DNA from: an uncultured delta proteobacterium
GTDB lineage: Bacteria > Desulfobacterota > Desulfobacteria > Desulfobacterales > Desulfatirhabdiaceae
DNA length: 64,000 bases
Reading direction: 5' to 3'
NCBI GenBank assembly: GCA_963789395.1
Contig: CAWBKP010000009.1
Coordinates: 32,001 to 96,000, forward strand
The translations under genes and the position numbers were made by a program. Positions 62,205-64,000 of the stretch are shown in pieces. Position 1 is the first letter of the stretch; each line of letters opens with the position of its first letter. The notes below the pieces were generated by a model. It made no database searches and was not told the origin of the DNA. It worked only from the letters and a program-made list of their open reading frames with translations.

Positions 62205-63367
62205 TCAAATATACCGGTCCACCATTTCGGTAATATACCGCTCCACCCCTGGCGCGCCTTCGGAAGCCTCGATTTCCTGGATCAGCCGGCTGATTTTCTG
62301 ATGCGTTTCGGAATCGCGTCTGAAATCCTCGATGGAGCGATAGACGCCGCCTCTTCTGCCCAGCCGGAAAATGAGTCCGCTCTTTTTCGGAAAGCGCCTG
62401 ATAGGACTGGATCACCTTCAGCATGGCCGGTTTATCCTCGGGCAGTTTTCCGGAAACATCCTCGAGAAGGTTCATGATGTGGTCGCTGGACACCCTGCTG
62501 GTAATTCCGTCCAGAGCCTCGATGAATACCCGGATTTCTTCAGCCAGCGCATCATCGGTCTGCATCACGAAACTGCCGTCTTTGAGTTTTTCATAAAGGG
62601 GAATCCGGTCCGGAACCCGCAGGCTTCTCAGGCGGATAAAATGCGGATTGATCTGGTTCAGCACGCGGGCCGTCTCGATTGCGTGTTCCCGCCACATGGC
62701 CTGCCCGCCAAGCCCCGGCATGACATATTCCGACACTTCCATGCCGGCTTCGATGAGTTTTTGTCCGGCCTCGATATGAACGGCCGCGCTCACCCCTTTT
62801 TTCATGAATTTCAGAAAGCGGATCATATCCGGTTTCCAGGCCGATATGCACGCGGTTCAGGCCGGCTTTCCGGATTCGTTTAAGCGATTCCAGGGATTTG
62901 CGGGAAACGGTTTTGGATCTGGAATAGGTCGTCACGCGGCTGATCTCCGGGAATTTCTCCCTCAGAAAGGTCAGAACCGCCACCAGGTCATCGGTTTTCA
63001 TGATCAGGTTGTCGGCATCCTGAAGAAAACAGGCGGCCGTGCCGTAATACATCCAGACAGCCATTCCCCGATAACACTGGCTGAACCCGGAACCCCCCGA
63101 AATATGGGAAATCACCGCATCATCCACGGCGCCGTTTCTCCCCAGCTTGTGGGAAAGCTCCCGGATATCGTCCGCAATGTTTCGCGCCGTCTGAATATCC
63201 TGCTTGATTTCGTCAACGGTTCGAAGGGAAAATTTCCGGCCCTTGTACACCGGACAAAACAGGCACTGATTCCAGGGGCAGTTGCGGGTCAGGCGAAGCA
63301 GCAGGCTGCGGGCTTCGTTGGGGGGGCGGATCGGTCCCTGTTCAAAACTGGAGGCTCTGACATTCAT
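62205..63367 (-). CDS. Radical SAM protein (frameshifted)
   Basis: GPIRPPNEARSLLLRLTRNCPWNQCLFC (CxxxCxxC), HIGLETG, SEYVMPGLGG, SDHIMNLL. Confidence 0.88.
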
Positions 63368-64000
63368 ATCTTTGTTCCTGTGTCCTTAAGAAGTCCCATG
63401 AATTTATGATTGGCGCCGGGAAACGGATACTGGTCCATGTCATCCGGGGTAATCCAGCGGAAATCGACAGGGCCGTTCAACCGGACCTCTCCGGAAATCG
63501 CGTGACAGATAAACACCTGCATTTGAATTTTAAAATGGGTATAGGCATGTTTCACCTGGCAAAGATGCGATACGATCCTTGCCGAAATCCCGGTTTCTTC
63601 CTGAATTTCCCGCACACAGGCATCGGCGGGGCTTTCTCCCTCCTGAATCTTTCCGCCGGGAAATTCCCATAATCCGCCCAGAAGGCCATCCGGCTTTCTT
63701 TGCGTGATGAGCATTCGCCCCTGATGGTAGACGACGCCTGCCACAACCGGGTAGAGCGGCACCGGCGGCGCCTTTATGCGTTTGGGATAGACATCGACCT
63801 GACGGGAAGCAACCGCTGCGCAGAATGGATTGAGCGGACACTGGGTGCAAGACGGGTTTTGCGGGTTTACAGATCAGGGCGCCGAGTTCCATCATGGCCT
63901 GATTGAAGATTCCGGGCGCATCCCGATCCAGCAATGCCGTTGCCGGTTCCTGAAATACCGCGTGCGCCCTGGAGCCATTTACCGGCGTATCCATGGCAAA
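63364..64000 (-). CDS. mutY: A/G-specific adenine glycosylase, C-terminal part with NUDIX-like domain (partial, frameshifted)
   Basis: FNQAMMELGALICKP (Fe-S loop), GLLGGLWEFPGG, VKHAYTHF. Confidence 0.88.

Noticed and set aside
63364..63762. Stand-alone MutT/NUDIX gene
   Set aside because: Upstream sequence encodes the MutY Fe-S loop in an adjacent frame, so this is the MutY C-terminal domain.

Overview
Window from an anaerobic Desulfobacterota-like (deltaproteobacterial) chromosome; the taxon is inferred from gene content only. Left end (1-8.8 kb, minus strand): a probable nickel/metal-uptake locus with tonB-exbB-exbD, a tiny His-rich protein, DUF3842, cooT, an ABC permease/ATPase/binding protein and a TonB-dependent receptor. 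Its two transcription units each carry a related leader terminator hairpin. The locus is bounded by a tRNA 3'-end fragment that looks like an integration (att) scar. Next come a sigma54-preceded secreted papain-like/FG-GAP protein, an HD-GYP gene and glycerol-3-phosphate uptake/oxidation genes (glpAB, ugpBAEC). A long core block follows (rho, rpmE, prfA, prmC, rpsB, tsf, pyrH, frr, uppS, cdsA, dxr, rseP, purL, purQ, mtaB, rlmI), then lpxH, a PPTase, an ADP-forming acyl-CoA ligase and ppdK. The right part holds an mglB-mglA-hypothetical-hybrid kinase-PilB/GspE ATPase operon, a Na+-pumping acyl-CoA decarboxylase operon with an unusually large gamma subunit, EcsC, a degenerate REC-GGDEF, rhodanese/CDF/MauE genes, a radical SAM gene and partial mutY. 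Many genes at 1.3-10.2 kb and 47.8-64 kb are broken by single-base indels, most likely sequencing/assembly errors, so their coordinates are reconstructed by eye. All family calls come from recalled motifs, not database searches.
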